This document shows positions 18,976-27,316 of a stretch of 32,000 nt of DNA, in pieces. Source of the DNA: Longivirga aurantiaca (GTDB taxonomy: Bacteria > Actinomycetota > Actinomycetes > S36-B12 > CAIYMF01); the NCBI RefSeq assembly GCF_042660085.1, contig NZ_JBHSTI010000008.1:1539876-1571875 (forward strand). Reading direction: 5' to 3'. The first letter of the stretch is position 1. Every line of letters starts with the position of its first letter. The position numbers were made by a program, and so were the translations under genes. The notes beneath the pieces are model-generated. The model searched no databases, was not told the origin of the DNA, and saw only the letters and a program-made list of their open reading frames with translations.

Positions 18976-20451
18976 ATGTCCCAGGCCACCTTCGTCGATC
19001 CGGCGGTGGAGCTCGCGCGCCTGGTCGCGGGTGCTCGGGGTCTGCTGAGCGAGGCGTCGGTGCTGGCCGGTTCGGGTGCAGTGTCTGAGGTGCAGCTCGC
19101 TGGTCTGCCGGAGCTGACGGCGGAGCTGTTCGCGGTGCGGGACGCCGCCCACGCCCTGGGGACCGTCGCGGTGGATCGCCTGGATGCGTCGGGGGTGCTG
19201 GCGTCGGCGGGGTTCGGGTCGACGACGGCGTTCCTGACCCAGCGCACCGGCATGGCCCCGGGCAGGGCCGGCAGCGTGGTCTCCGGCGCGCGGACGCTGC
19301 GGTCGTATGCCGCGACCCGGGTCGCGCTGGTAGCGGGCCGGGTCACCCCGGACCTGGCCGCTGCCCTGGTGCGCGGGTCGGAGGCGGCGATCGCGGACAA
19401 GACCGACCAGGACCGGGTCCAGTGGCGGGCGTTCTGCGAGGACTACCTCCTCCCCATCGCGGAGCAGGGCTCGGTCGAGGAGGTCGGCGGCGCTGCCGCG
19501 GTGCTGCGGGAGATCCTGGACCCGGAGGCCGCTGCCCGCCGCAAGGAAGAGGCGATGGCCGGCCAGTTCCTCACCGTGACCCAGGTCGGGGACCAGTTCG
19601 TCATCAAGGGTGCCCTCACCCTGGAGGACGGCGCCGCGCTCAAGACGCTGCTCGATCGGATGCGCGACGCGAAGTACCGCACGGGATCCCTGACCCCGGA
19701 CGAGCAGCCCACCGGCGACGCCGCGGTCGACGAGCGCCGCCGCCGGATCGCGGCCGCGCACCAGGACGCCCTGTCGTTGAACCACCTCGTGCAGCTGTGG
19801 CTGGCCAACGGCATGGTCGGCCGCGCCCACGGCGTCCGACCGCACGTCACCATCACCACCAGCGTCGACGACCTCGAGGCGGGGTTCCCCGCCGAGATGA
19901 CCGTCCCCGGGGTCAGCGGCCCGGTGCTGGTGAACGCCGACACGGTGAAACGGATGCTCTGCGACGCCTCAGTCACCGAGATCTCAACAGCCGGGTCCGT
20001 CGCCGATCGGCACGCCCACCACCACGACGGCATCCCCTGCCACGGCGCTGCCCACCACGGACGACACGGCCACGTCCACGGCGTCGTCGGCTGCGAGCTG
20101 CACCCCGGCTCCGCGCGGCTGCTGCGCCGCCGCCACCACGTCTGGGACGAGGGACGCCGCTACCGCACCGTCCCACCCCGCCTGCGCCGCGCGCTGGACC
20201 TCCGCGACCGGCACTGCGCCTTCCCCGGCTGCCGGATCGCGGTCGGGTGGTGCGAGGCCCACCACATCACCGAGTGGGAGCACGGCGGCGCCACCGACCT
20301 CGACAACCTCACGCTGTTGTGCGCGAAGCACCACCACGCGGTGCACGAGGGCGGCTGGACCATCGTGAAGAACCCCGGCATCGACCCGGGATGCCCGACC
20401 TGGCTCACCGTCGACCCACCCGACCCCAGCCCCGTCCGAACCCGGCCCTGA
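18976..20451 (+). CDS. DUF222 and HNH endonuclease domain protein (13E12 repeat family-like)
   Basis: 491 aa; DUF222-like N-terminus; HNH region CAFPGCRIAVGWCEAHHITEWEHGGATDLDNLTLLCAKHHHAVHEGGW. Confidence 0.92.
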   Translation: MSQATFVDPAVELARLVAGARGLLSEASVLAGSGAVSEVQLAGLPELTAELFAVRDAAHALGTVAVDRLDASGVLASAGFGSTTAFLTQRTGMAPGRAGSVVSGARTLRSYAATRVALVAGRVTPDLAAALVRGSEAAIADKTDQDRVQWRAFCEDYLLPIAEQGSVEEVGGAAAVLREILDPEAAARRKEEAMAGQFLTVTQVGDQFVIKGALTLEDGAALKTLLDRMRDAKYRTGSLTPDEQPTGDAAVDERRRRIAAAHQDALSLNHLVQLWLANGMVGRAHGVRPHVTITTSVDDLEAGFPAEMTVPGVSGPVLVNADTVKRMLCDASVTEISTAGSVADRHAHHHDGIPCHGAAHHGRHGHVHGVVGCELHPGSARLLRRRHHVWDEGRRYRTVPPRLRRALDLRDRHCAFPGCRIAVGWCEAHHITEWEHGGATDLDNLTLLCAKHHHAVHEGGWTIVKNPGIDPGCPTWLTVDPPDPSPVRTRP

Positions 20452-20514
20452 AGAAGGGCAGCATGACCGCAGCGAGCCCCATCCATCAGATGCAGGGTTC
20501 CATCGTCATGCCCT

Positions 20515-20668
20515 TAGGTCACGCGCTGTAGAGCATCGCCGTGACCTGATTCCAGGCGAGTGATATCGGTTCCCCTCTGTGTCAAGAGACGGCTTCCGCG
20601 AGGGGTCTGGAAGCGCGCGATTCTCCGTTGTGTCTAGAGCGACAGCAGTGCCCGGATTGCGTGACCTA
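20515..20668. repeat. Inverted repeats downstream of the DUF222/HNH gene
   Basis: TAGGTCACGC (20515-20524) is the exact reverse complement of GCGTGACCTA (20659-20668). A further CGTGACCT copy at 20540-20547 pairs with AGGTCACG 20516-20523. Confidence 0.9.
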
Positions 20669-21211
20669 CTACGTCGTTGAGGGTAGCGAGACGCTGCCAT
20701 AGCCGGGCACCGACAACGTGACGAGGGTGTGACCGCCAGCGTCGAACAGGGTCACCGGGACCGACTCCCATATGTCAGGAGCGTGCATCGTCGTTGCGTC
20801 ACATCCGGAGACCGTGTTGCCCAGACCTGCGGTGAGGGACCCGTACAAGGCACCTGTGCTGTCGGTTGCCTGGGTTAGCTCGCAGGAGTACTGGGCGGGA
20901 ACGGATTCCTCGTTCCTGACTCGGAGTTGCACCACGCAGTCGCTGGAGTCACAGCGCATCGAATCGACGGCGACCGTGAACTTGGCTGATCCCAGTCCGT
21001 ACTCCGAGGGCGACGTCGGGTTCGGTCCGAACTCCATCCAAACGCGGTCCATAGTGGCGGGCACGGTGGCTCCCACGGGGCGAGTAGGACCCCACGACTC
21101 CGAACTGCCGCAACCAGCCGCAATCCCTACGAGAGCAACTAGGCAGACGACGAACAAGATCGGTGTGTGGCCACGCACCAGTGTCCCAGTTCCGGTACTT
21201 GTCCCAACCAT
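20669..21211 (-). CDS. Putative lipoprotein of unknown family
   Basis: Candidate ATG at 21211: MVGTSTGTGTLVRGHTPILFVVCLVALVGIAAGCGSSES, TM segment and lipobox; the C-terminal part has a beta-rich, DUF4352-like appearance. Confidence 0.7.
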   Translation of the reverse strand: MVGTSTGTGTLVRGHTPILFVVCLVALVGIAAGCGSSESWGPTRPVGATVPATMDRVWMEFGPNPTSPSEYGLGSAKFTVAVDSMRCDSSDCVVQLRVRNEESVPAQYSCELTQATDSTGALYGSLTAGLGNTVSGCDATTMHAPDIWESVPVTLFDAGGHTLVTLSVPGYGSVSLPSTT

Positions 21212-21297
21212 GGCAAACCCCGCAATGCCTAGCGGCGCGTCGCCGAGCCAGCCCGAGAGATGCACCGCACCAACTACATCTTGCTCCGAGGCCTCAG

Positions 21298-21345
21298 GCG
21301 AACGCGAACGCGACCGCAACCGCAACGGCAACCGCAAGCGCAGCC
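21298..21345 (+). repeat. Degenerate hexanucleotide tandem repeat (GCRAMC-like), eight units
   Basis: gcgaac gcgaac gcgacc gcaacc gcaacg gcaacc gcaagc gcagcc. Confidence 0.85.
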
Positions 21346-21382
21346 TAATGCAGGGTATTGGGCGAGGATTCGGGGCCGTCGG

Positions 21383-22627
21383 TCAACGGACCGGGGGAGC
21401 GGGGGTCGGGGTGCCGGCCTCGGCGTCGGCCTGCTCGATCTCCTCGCGGGTGATGCCGAGCAGGTAGAGCACGGGGTCGAGGAACGGCACGGTGAGTCCG
21501 GTGTCGGCCTGTGCACGGACGACGGGCTTGGCGTTGAACGCGATCCCGAGCCCGGCGGCCGCGAGCATGTCGAGGTCGTTGGCGCCGTCGCCGATCGCTA
21601 CCGTGCGGTCCATCGGGATGCCCTCGAGCGCCGCGAACTCGCGCAGCGCCTCGGCCTTGGCGGCGCGGTCGACCACGGCCCCGACCACGCGGCCGGTGAG
21701 CACGCCGTCGACCACCTCGAGCACGTTGGCGCGCGCGTGGTGGATGCCGAGCTCCTCGGCGAGCGGGTCGACGACGGCGGAGAAGCCACCGGACACGACT
21801 GCCACGCGGAAGCCGAGACGCGTCAGAGTCCGCACGAGGGTGCGAGCGCCCGGTGTGAGGCGGACAGCCGAGCGCACCTCGGCCAGTGCCGACTCCGGCA
21901 CGCCGGCGAGCAGAGCCACGCGGGCGTGCAGCGACTCGGCGAAGTCGAGCTCGCCGCGCATCGCGCGCTCGGTCACCTCGCGCACCTCGGCCTCGCAGCC
22001 GGCGTGGTGCGCGATGAGCTCGATCACCTCGTCCTGGATCAGAGTCGAGTCGACGTCCATCACCACGAGGTAGGTGCCCCGCCCGCGGAGGCCACGACGC
22101 TGGACGGCGACGTCGACCCCGAGCGCTGCCGACTCGACCGCCAGGGCCTCGCGCAGCTCCTGCTGGTCGGCGCCCGACACCGACAGCTCGATCGCTGTCA
22201 CGGGGTACGCCGCGGTGCGCACGATGCGGTCGATGTTGCCCCCGAGCGCCGAGATGCGGCGCGTGATGCCCGACAGCGCGGACGGCAGCAGCGGATGCCC
22301 GAGCACCGTGACGAGCAGCCGTCCGCGACGGCCAGGGACGTGCTCGGCCGCGCCGAGCACGACATCGGCGTCCATCTCCAGCGACGCGGCGACCTCGCGC
22401 GCAGTGTCCGCGGCGGCGTCGAGCACGAGCGCGGAGCCGTGCTCGACGGTCGGCCCCACGAGGACTCCGAGAGTGAGTCGCCCGCGGATGACGACCTGCT
22501 CGGCGTCGAGGATCTCGAGGTCGTGGGCCGCCAGCGCACCGGTGAGCGTCGCGGTCACGCCCGGGCGGTCGCGGCCGGTGAGGGTGATGAGGAGCGTGCG
22601 CGGCTGCTCGTCGGCGTCGTGGTCCAT
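21383..22627 (-). CDS. serB: Phosphoserine phosphatase SerB with N-terminal ACT domains
   Basis: LLITLTGRDRPGVTATLTGAL (ACT), VMDVDSTLIQDEVIELIA (HAD motif I), VVSGGF, AIGDGANDLDML. Confidence 0.95.
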   Translation of the reverse strand: MDHDADEQPRTLLITLTGRDRPGVTATLTGALAAHDLEILDAEQVVIRGRLTLGVLVGPTVEHGSALVLDAAADTAREVAASLEMDADVVLGAAEHVPGRRGRLLVTVLGHPLLPSALSGITRRISALGGNIDRIVRTAAYPVTAIELSVSGADQQELREALAVESAALGVDVAVQRRGLRGRGTYLVVMDVDSTLIQDEVIELIAHHAGCEAEVREVTERAMRGELDFAESLHARVALLAGVPESALAEVRSAVRLTPGARTLVRTLTRLGFRVAVVSGGFSAVVDPLAEELGIHHARANVLEVVDGVLTGRVVGAVVDRAAKAEALREFAALEGIPMDRTVAIGDGANDLDMLAAAGLGIAFNAKPVVRAQADTGLTVPFLDPVLYLLGITREEIEQADAEAGTPTPAPPVR

Positions 22628-22640
22628 CTCGTCGCCGAGC

Positions 22641-23453
22641 CTAACGATCGGAGTGCCAGGCCTTCCGGGGAGGCTCGGGCTCGGCCTGCGCCGAGCAGGC
22701 GGCGCACAGCGCGTGCCGGGCCGCGGCCCGCAGCGGGCGGAGCGTCTCGGCCCGAGCGGCGATCTCGGCTGCGGTCACGGCTGCGCCCTCGGTCGAGGCG
22801 GCGACCTGCAGGATGCCGAGCAGGCGCGCGGCCTGCACGACCGAGCGCTGGGCTCTAGCCGGCAGCGACGGCGGCAGGTCGATGCGCGAGACGTCCTTCT
22901 CCACGCCGCGGAGCCTGCCCGCGACGTCGTCGCGACCCCGTGCGAGGTCCATCGACACGAGCGCCGCAGTGGCGTCGCGCAGTGCGTCGGCGAGCGCGCG
23001 CTCGGCCTCCGACATGGTCGGGAGGCCGTGCGGGTGCACGGAGTACGCCACCTCGCGCACGTCCCAGCGCACCACGTCGCCTGCCTCGCTCGGCGCCGAC
23101 GTCGGCAGCAGCGCCCAGTGCGGCGTGGCGGGGCCCGTCACCGTGATCACCGCCTCCCCAGCGGCCGTGGCATCGGCGTTCACCGCGGGCGGGCCGGGGA
23201 GCCCCACCGGGTCGCCGGGCTCGGGCAGAACCACGCGCAGCGCCGTCACGCCCGCAGCGCGCAGCCGACCGAGTGCCAGGCCGACCGGCACGACGTCGTC
23301 CTCGCCGGGCACGCCGAGGACTCGGTGCAGCGCGTCGGGCCCGACTGCGTGCAGCGCGGCGTCCTCGACCGTCGTGGCACCCGACAGGTAGGCGTTCCCC
23401 CAGAGCGTGAGGAGGGCGGCACGGGGGAGTGCGGCACGTCGGTCCGAGGGCAC
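22641..23453 (-). CDS. Conserved hypothetical protein
   Basis: 270 aa coherent ORF with GTG start and strong actinobacterial coding bias; ...LLTLWGNAYLSGATTVEDAALHAV... Confidence 0.75.
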   Translation of the reverse strand: MPSDRRAALPRAALLTLWGNAYLSGATTVEDAALHAVGPDALHRVLGVPGEDDVVPVGLALGRLRAAGVTALRVVLPEPGDPVGLPGPPAVNADATAAGEAVITVTGPATPHWALLPTSAPSEAGDVVRWDVREVAYSVHPHGLPTMSEAERALADALRDATAALVSMDLARGRDDVAGRLRGVEKDVSRIDLPPSLPARAQRSVVQAARLLGILQVAASTEGAAVTAAEIAARAETLRPLRAAARHALCAACSAQAEPEPPRKAWHSDR

Positions 23454-23497
23454 CCCGCAACCCTAGGACGACGCCCGCGACCCGTAGGGTTCGGCAC

Positions 23498-24280
23498 GTG
23501 AGCGACGTCCTGCGGTTCCTGAACGTCGACGTCGTGCGCGGTGGCGTGCCGATCGTCGACAAGGTGAGCTGGGACGTCGCCGAGGGCGAGCGCTGGGCCG
23601 TGCTCGGCCCGAACGGCGCGGGCAAGACCACGCTGCTCGCGATCGCCGCCACCCTGATCCACCCGACCCGCGGCACGGCCGAGGTGCTCGACGAGACGCT
23701 CGGCCGCACCGACGTCTTCGAGCTGCGCCCCCGCATCGGAGTCGCGAGCCCGACCCTGAGCGAGTACATACCCGACGACGAGATCGTGGCCGACGTGGTC
23801 GTCACCGCGGCGTACGCCGTGGCGGGCCGCTGGCGCGAGCGGTACGAGGTCGACGACCACGGCCGGGCGCAGGGGCTGCTCGACCAGCTCGGCGTGGGTC
23901 ACCTGGTCCGCCGCACGATCGGCACCCTGTCGGAGGGGGAGCGCAAGCGGGTCCTGGTGGCCCGCGCGCTCATGACCGACCCCGAGCTGCTGCTCCTCGA
24001 CGAGCCCGCCGCCGGCCTCGACCTCGGTGGCCGCGAGGACCTCGTGCGACGGCTCGGCGAGATCGCCAACGACCCCTACGCGCCCACGACCGTGCTGGTC
24101 ACCCATCACGTCGAGGAGATCCCGTCCGGGTTCACCCACGGGATGCTGCTGCGCCAGGGCGCCGTCGTGGCCCAGGGGGTCCTGCACGAGGTTCTGACGG
24201 CGGACAACCTGTCCGCCACCTTCGGGCTGCCGCTCATGGTGGAGTTCCGCGGCGACCGCTGGTGGGCCCGCGCCGTCTGA
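23498..24280 (+). CDS. ABC transporter ATP-binding protein
   Basis: GPNGAGKTTLLAIAATLIHPTRGTAEVLDE, LSEGERKRVLVARALM, LLLLDEPAAGLDLGG, VLVTHHVEEIP. Confidence 0.93.
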   Translation: MSDVLRFLNVDVVRGGVPIVDKVSWDVAEGERWAVLGPNGAGKTTLLAIAATLIHPTRGTAEVLDETLGRTDVFELRPRIGVASPTLSEYIPDDEIVADVVVTAAYAVAGRWRERYEVDDHGRAQGLLDQLGVGHLVRRTIGTLSEGERKRVLVARALMTDPELLLLDEPAAGLDLGGREDLVRRLGEIANDPYAPTTVLVTHHVEEIPSGFTHGMLLRQGAVVAQGVLHEVLTADNLSATFGLPLMVEFRGDRWWARAV

Positions 24281-24354
24281 GGCGCATCCGCCGTACGGCC
24301 GGTGTCGGGCGAATCCTGCACGGCGCCGGGAGCGGACGGATCTAGGATCAGGGC

Positions 24355-24777
24355 ATGGAACCGTGGGTGTGGTGGTTGATCGCGACCGGTCTGCTCCTGG
24401 TCGGTGAGATGCTCACGACCACGCTGGTGCTGGCGATGATCGCGGGCGGCACCGCGGCAGCGACCGTGGTCGCGGCGGCCGGGGGAGGCCCGGCTCTGCA
24501 GTTCGGCATCTTCGCCATCGTCGCGCTGGGCCTGCTCTTCGTCGTACGCCCCATCGCGCGCAAGCACCGCAAGCAGCCGCCCTCGATCCGCACGGGCGTC
24601 GACGCCCTCGCCGGCAGCGACGCCGAGGTGGTCGAGCAGGTGACCGGGCGCGACGGCCGCGTGAAGATCGGCGGCGAGACCTGGTCGGCCCGAGCCATCG
24701 ACGCCGACCGCGTCATCGCAGCCGGCGAGATGGTTCGGGTCATCAAGATCGACGGCGCGACCGCGCTCGTCGACTAG
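24355..24777 (+). CDS. NfeD family protein
   Basis: Short membrane protein followed by an OB-fold: VGEMLTTTLVLAMIAGG...GRVKIGGETWSARAIDADRVIAAGEMVRVIKIDGATALVD; adjacent to an SPFH gene. Confidence 0.92.
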   Translation: MEPWVWWLIATGLLLVGEMLTTTLVLAMIAGGTAAATVVAAAGGGPALQFGIFAIVALGLLFVVRPIARKHRKQPPSIRTGVDALAGSDAEVVEQVTGRDGRVKIGGETWSARAIDADRVIAAGEMVRVIKIDGATALVD

Positions 24778-24857
24778 ATCGCACACCGCACGGCACGTCC
24801 GCCGACCGGCGGGACGGGGATCGGGCGCACGTCGCGCCGAGAAGGGGAGTTCCAGCC

Positions 24858-25754
24858 ATGGAGATCGGAAGCCTTGTAGCGGTGGTGATCGCGCTCGTCA
24901 TCGTGCTGTTCGTGATCGTCACGCTCGCCAAGGCCGTGCGCATCGTGCCCCAGGCACGCGCGGGCATCGTCGAGCGGCTCGGGCGCTACAGCCGCACCCT
25001 CAACCCCGGCCTCTCGCTGCTGGTGCCCTACATCGACCGGCTCAAGCCGCTCGTCGACATGCGCGAGCAGGTCGTCTCGTTCCCGCCCTCGTCGGTCATC
25101 ACGCAGGACAACCTCGTCGTGAACATCGACTCGGTCATCTACTTCCAGGTCACCGACCCGAAGGCCGCGATGTACGAGATCGCGAGCCCCATCACGGGCA
25201 TCGAGCAGCTCACGGTGACCACGCTGCGCAACGTCATCGGCGGCATGGACCTCGAGCAGACCCTCACCTCGCGCGAGTCCATCAACAACGCGCTGCGCGG
25301 CGTCCTCGACGAGGCCACCGGCAAGTGGGGCATCCGCGTCAACCGCGTGGAGCTCAAGGCGATCGACCCGCCCGCGAGCGTGCAGGAGTCGATGGAGAAG
25401 CAGATGCGCGCCGAGCGCGAGAAGCGTGCGGCGATCCTCACCGCCGAGGGCTTCAAGCAGTCGCAGATCCTCACGGCCGAGGGTGAGAAGACCTCCGCGA
25501 TCCTGCGCGCCGAGGGTGACGCCCAGTCGCAGATCCTGCGCGCCGAGGGCGAGGCCCAGGCCATCCAGAAGGTCTTCGACGCCATCCACGCCGGCGGCGC
25601 CGACGACCAGGTGCTGGCCTACCAGTACCTCCAGGCCCTCCCGTCGATCGCCAACGGCACCGCCAACAAGGTGTGGGTCGTGCCGGCGGAGCTGTCGAAG
25701 GCGATGGAGAACCTCGGCTCTGCGTTCACCCGCAACGACGCCCCGAAGGGCTGA
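24858..25754 (+). CDS. SPFH/Band 7 (stomatin/prohibitin-like) protein
   Basis: VRIVPQARAGIVERLGRYSRTLNPGLSLLVPYIDRLKPLVDMREQVVSFPPSSVITQDNLVVNIDSVIYFQVTDP. Confidence 0.94.
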   Translation: MEIGSLVAVVIALVIVLFVIVTLAKAVRIVPQARAGIVERLGRYSRTLNPGLSLLVPYIDRLKPLVDMREQVVSFPPSSVITQDNLVVNIDSVIYFQVTDPKAAMYEIASPITGIEQLTVTTLRNVIGGMDLEQTLTSRESINNALRGVLDEATGKWGIRVNRVELKAIDPPASVQESMEKQMRAEREKRAAILTAEGFKQSQILTAEGEKTSAILRAEGDAQSQILRAEGEAQAIQKVFDAIHAGGADDQVLAYQYLQALPSIANGTANKVWVVPAELSKAMENLGSAFTRNDAPKG

Positions 25755-25765
25755 CACCAGCACCC

Positions 25766-26515
25766 GTGGAGCTGCTCCTCCTGGTCGGCGCCGGCATCGT
25801 GGCCGGCGCCGTGAACGCCGCGGTGGGGAGCGGCACGCTGCTGACGTACCCGCTGCTGCTCGCGTACGGGCTCCCACCCGTCGTGGCCAACGGCACCAAC
25901 AGCGCCGGCCTGGCGCCCGGCAACCTGTTCGGCGCGTTCGGCTACCGGCGCCAGATGGCAGGGCGGCGCCGCGAGGTGGTGCCGCTCGCCGTCACCGTCG
26001 GATCGGGCGCGCTCGTCGGCGCGATCCTCGTGGTGGCCCTCCCGGCCAGCGTGTTCGAGCGCATCGTGCCGTGGTTCATCCTGCTGGCGTGCCTGCTCGT
26101 GCTGGTGGGCCCGCGGGTCACCGCGACGCTGAAGTCCCGCGGCGTCGACCCCACCACGCTGCCGCGCCACGTGCTGCTGCCGGTCCTCCTGGTGGTGGGC
26201 CTCTACGCGGGCTACTTCGGGGCCGCCCAGGGGATCATCCTCGTGGCCGCGCTGACGGTGCTCTTCGACGTCGACCTGCAGCGCTCGAACGCCGTGAAGA
26301 ACGTGCTGCAGGGCGTCTCGAACGGCGTGGCCGCAGCCGTCTTCGCCATCGCCGGGGCAGTCGCGTGGGCGCCGGCTCTCGCGCTCGCGCTCGGTGCCTC
26401 GGTCGGGGGAGCGGTGGGCGCGCCCGTCGCGCGCCGCCTGCCCACTGCCGCGCTGCGCGGGCTCATCGTCGTCGTCGGCGTCGTGGCCGCCGTCGTCAGC
26501 CTGAGGAACCTCTAG
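25766..26515 (+). CDS. TSUP (TauE/SafE) family membrane permease
   Basis: VAGAVNAAVGSGTLLTYPLLLAYGLPPVVANGTNS and YAGYFGAAQGIILVAAL repeats; multiple TM helices. Confidence 0.9.
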   Translation: MELLLLVGAGIVAGAVNAAVGSGTLLTYPLLLAYGLPPVVANGTNSAGLAPGNLFGAFGYRRQMAGRRREVVPLAVTVGSGALVGAILVVALPASVFERIVPWFILLACLLVLVGPRVTATLKSRGVDPTTLPRHVLLPVLLVVGLYAGYFGAAQGIILVAALTVLFDVDLQRSNAVKNVLQGVSNGVAAAVFAIAGAVAWAPALALALGASVGGAVGAPVARRLPTAALRGLIVVVGVVAAVVSLRNL

Positions 26516-27316
26516 ATGGCTACCCTCGTCGGCGTCGACGACCCGCGCGACCCGCGGCTCGTCGACTACACCGACCTCACCGACGTGTCGCTGCGCCGGG
26601 TCCGCGAGCCGGCCGAAGGACTGTTCCTGGCCGAGGGCGAGAAGGTCGTGCGCCGCGCCCTCGACTCCGGATACGCGCCGCGCTCGCTGCTCATGGCGCG
26701 CAAGTGGTGGGACGGCCTGCGCGACGTCGTCGAGCCGCACGACTGCCCCGTGTACCTCGCCGACGACGTGCTGCTCGAGCAGGTCACGGGCTACCGCGTA
26801 CACCGGGGGGCGTTGGCGTCGATGCAGCGCCGTCCCCTCCCGCTCCTTGACGACGTGCTCGCCACCGCACGCCGCGTCGTGGTGCTGGAGGACCTGGTCG
26901 ACCACACCAACGTGGGGGCGGTCTTCCGCAACGCCGCGGCGCTCGGGATGGACGCGGTGCTCGTGAGCCCGGAGTGCGCCGACCCGCTGTACCGGCGCAG
27001 CGTCAAGGTCTCGATGGGCTCGGTGCTCGCGGTGCCGTGGACCCGGGCCGACCCGTGGCCAGGCACCCTGCACCGCCTCGCCGAGCTCGGCTTCTCGACG
27101 TACGCGCTCTCACCCGACCCGGCAGGAGCCGACCTGCGCACCCTCGAGATCCCGGACCGGGTCGCGGTGGTGCTCGGCACCGAGGGGGAGGGGCTGAGCA
27201 GCGCGGCCCTGGCCGCGTGCACCGACCGCGTGCGCATCCCGATGGCTGCCGGCGTCGACAGCCTCAACGTCGCGGCGGCGAGCGCGGTGACGTTCTTCGC
27301 GCTCGGTCAGGCGTAG
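26516..27316 (+). CDS. SpoU/TrmH family RNA methyltransferase
   Basis: LEDLVDHTNVGAVFRNAAALGMDAVLVSPECADPLYRRSVKVSMGSVLAVPW, VLGTEGEGLS, RIPMAAGVDSLNVAAASAV. Confidence 0.93.
   Translation: MATLVGVDDPRDPRLVDYTDLTDVSLRRVREPAEGLFLAEGEKVVRRALDSGYAPRSLLMARKWWDGLRDVVEPHDCPVYLADDVLLEQVTGYRVHRGALASMQRRPLPLLDDVLATARRVVVLEDLVDHTNVGAVFRNAAALGMDAVLVSPECADPLYRRSVKVSMGSVLAVPWTRADPWPGTLHRLAELGFSTYALSPDPAGADLRTLEIPDRVAVVLGTEGEGLSSAALAACTDRVRIPMAAGVDSLNVAAASAVTFFALGQA

Noticed and set aside
18541-20451. 636-aa version of the DUF222/HNH protein
   Set aside because: The first ~145 codons cross the intergenic hairpin and the YCII gene; ATG 18976 is the better start.
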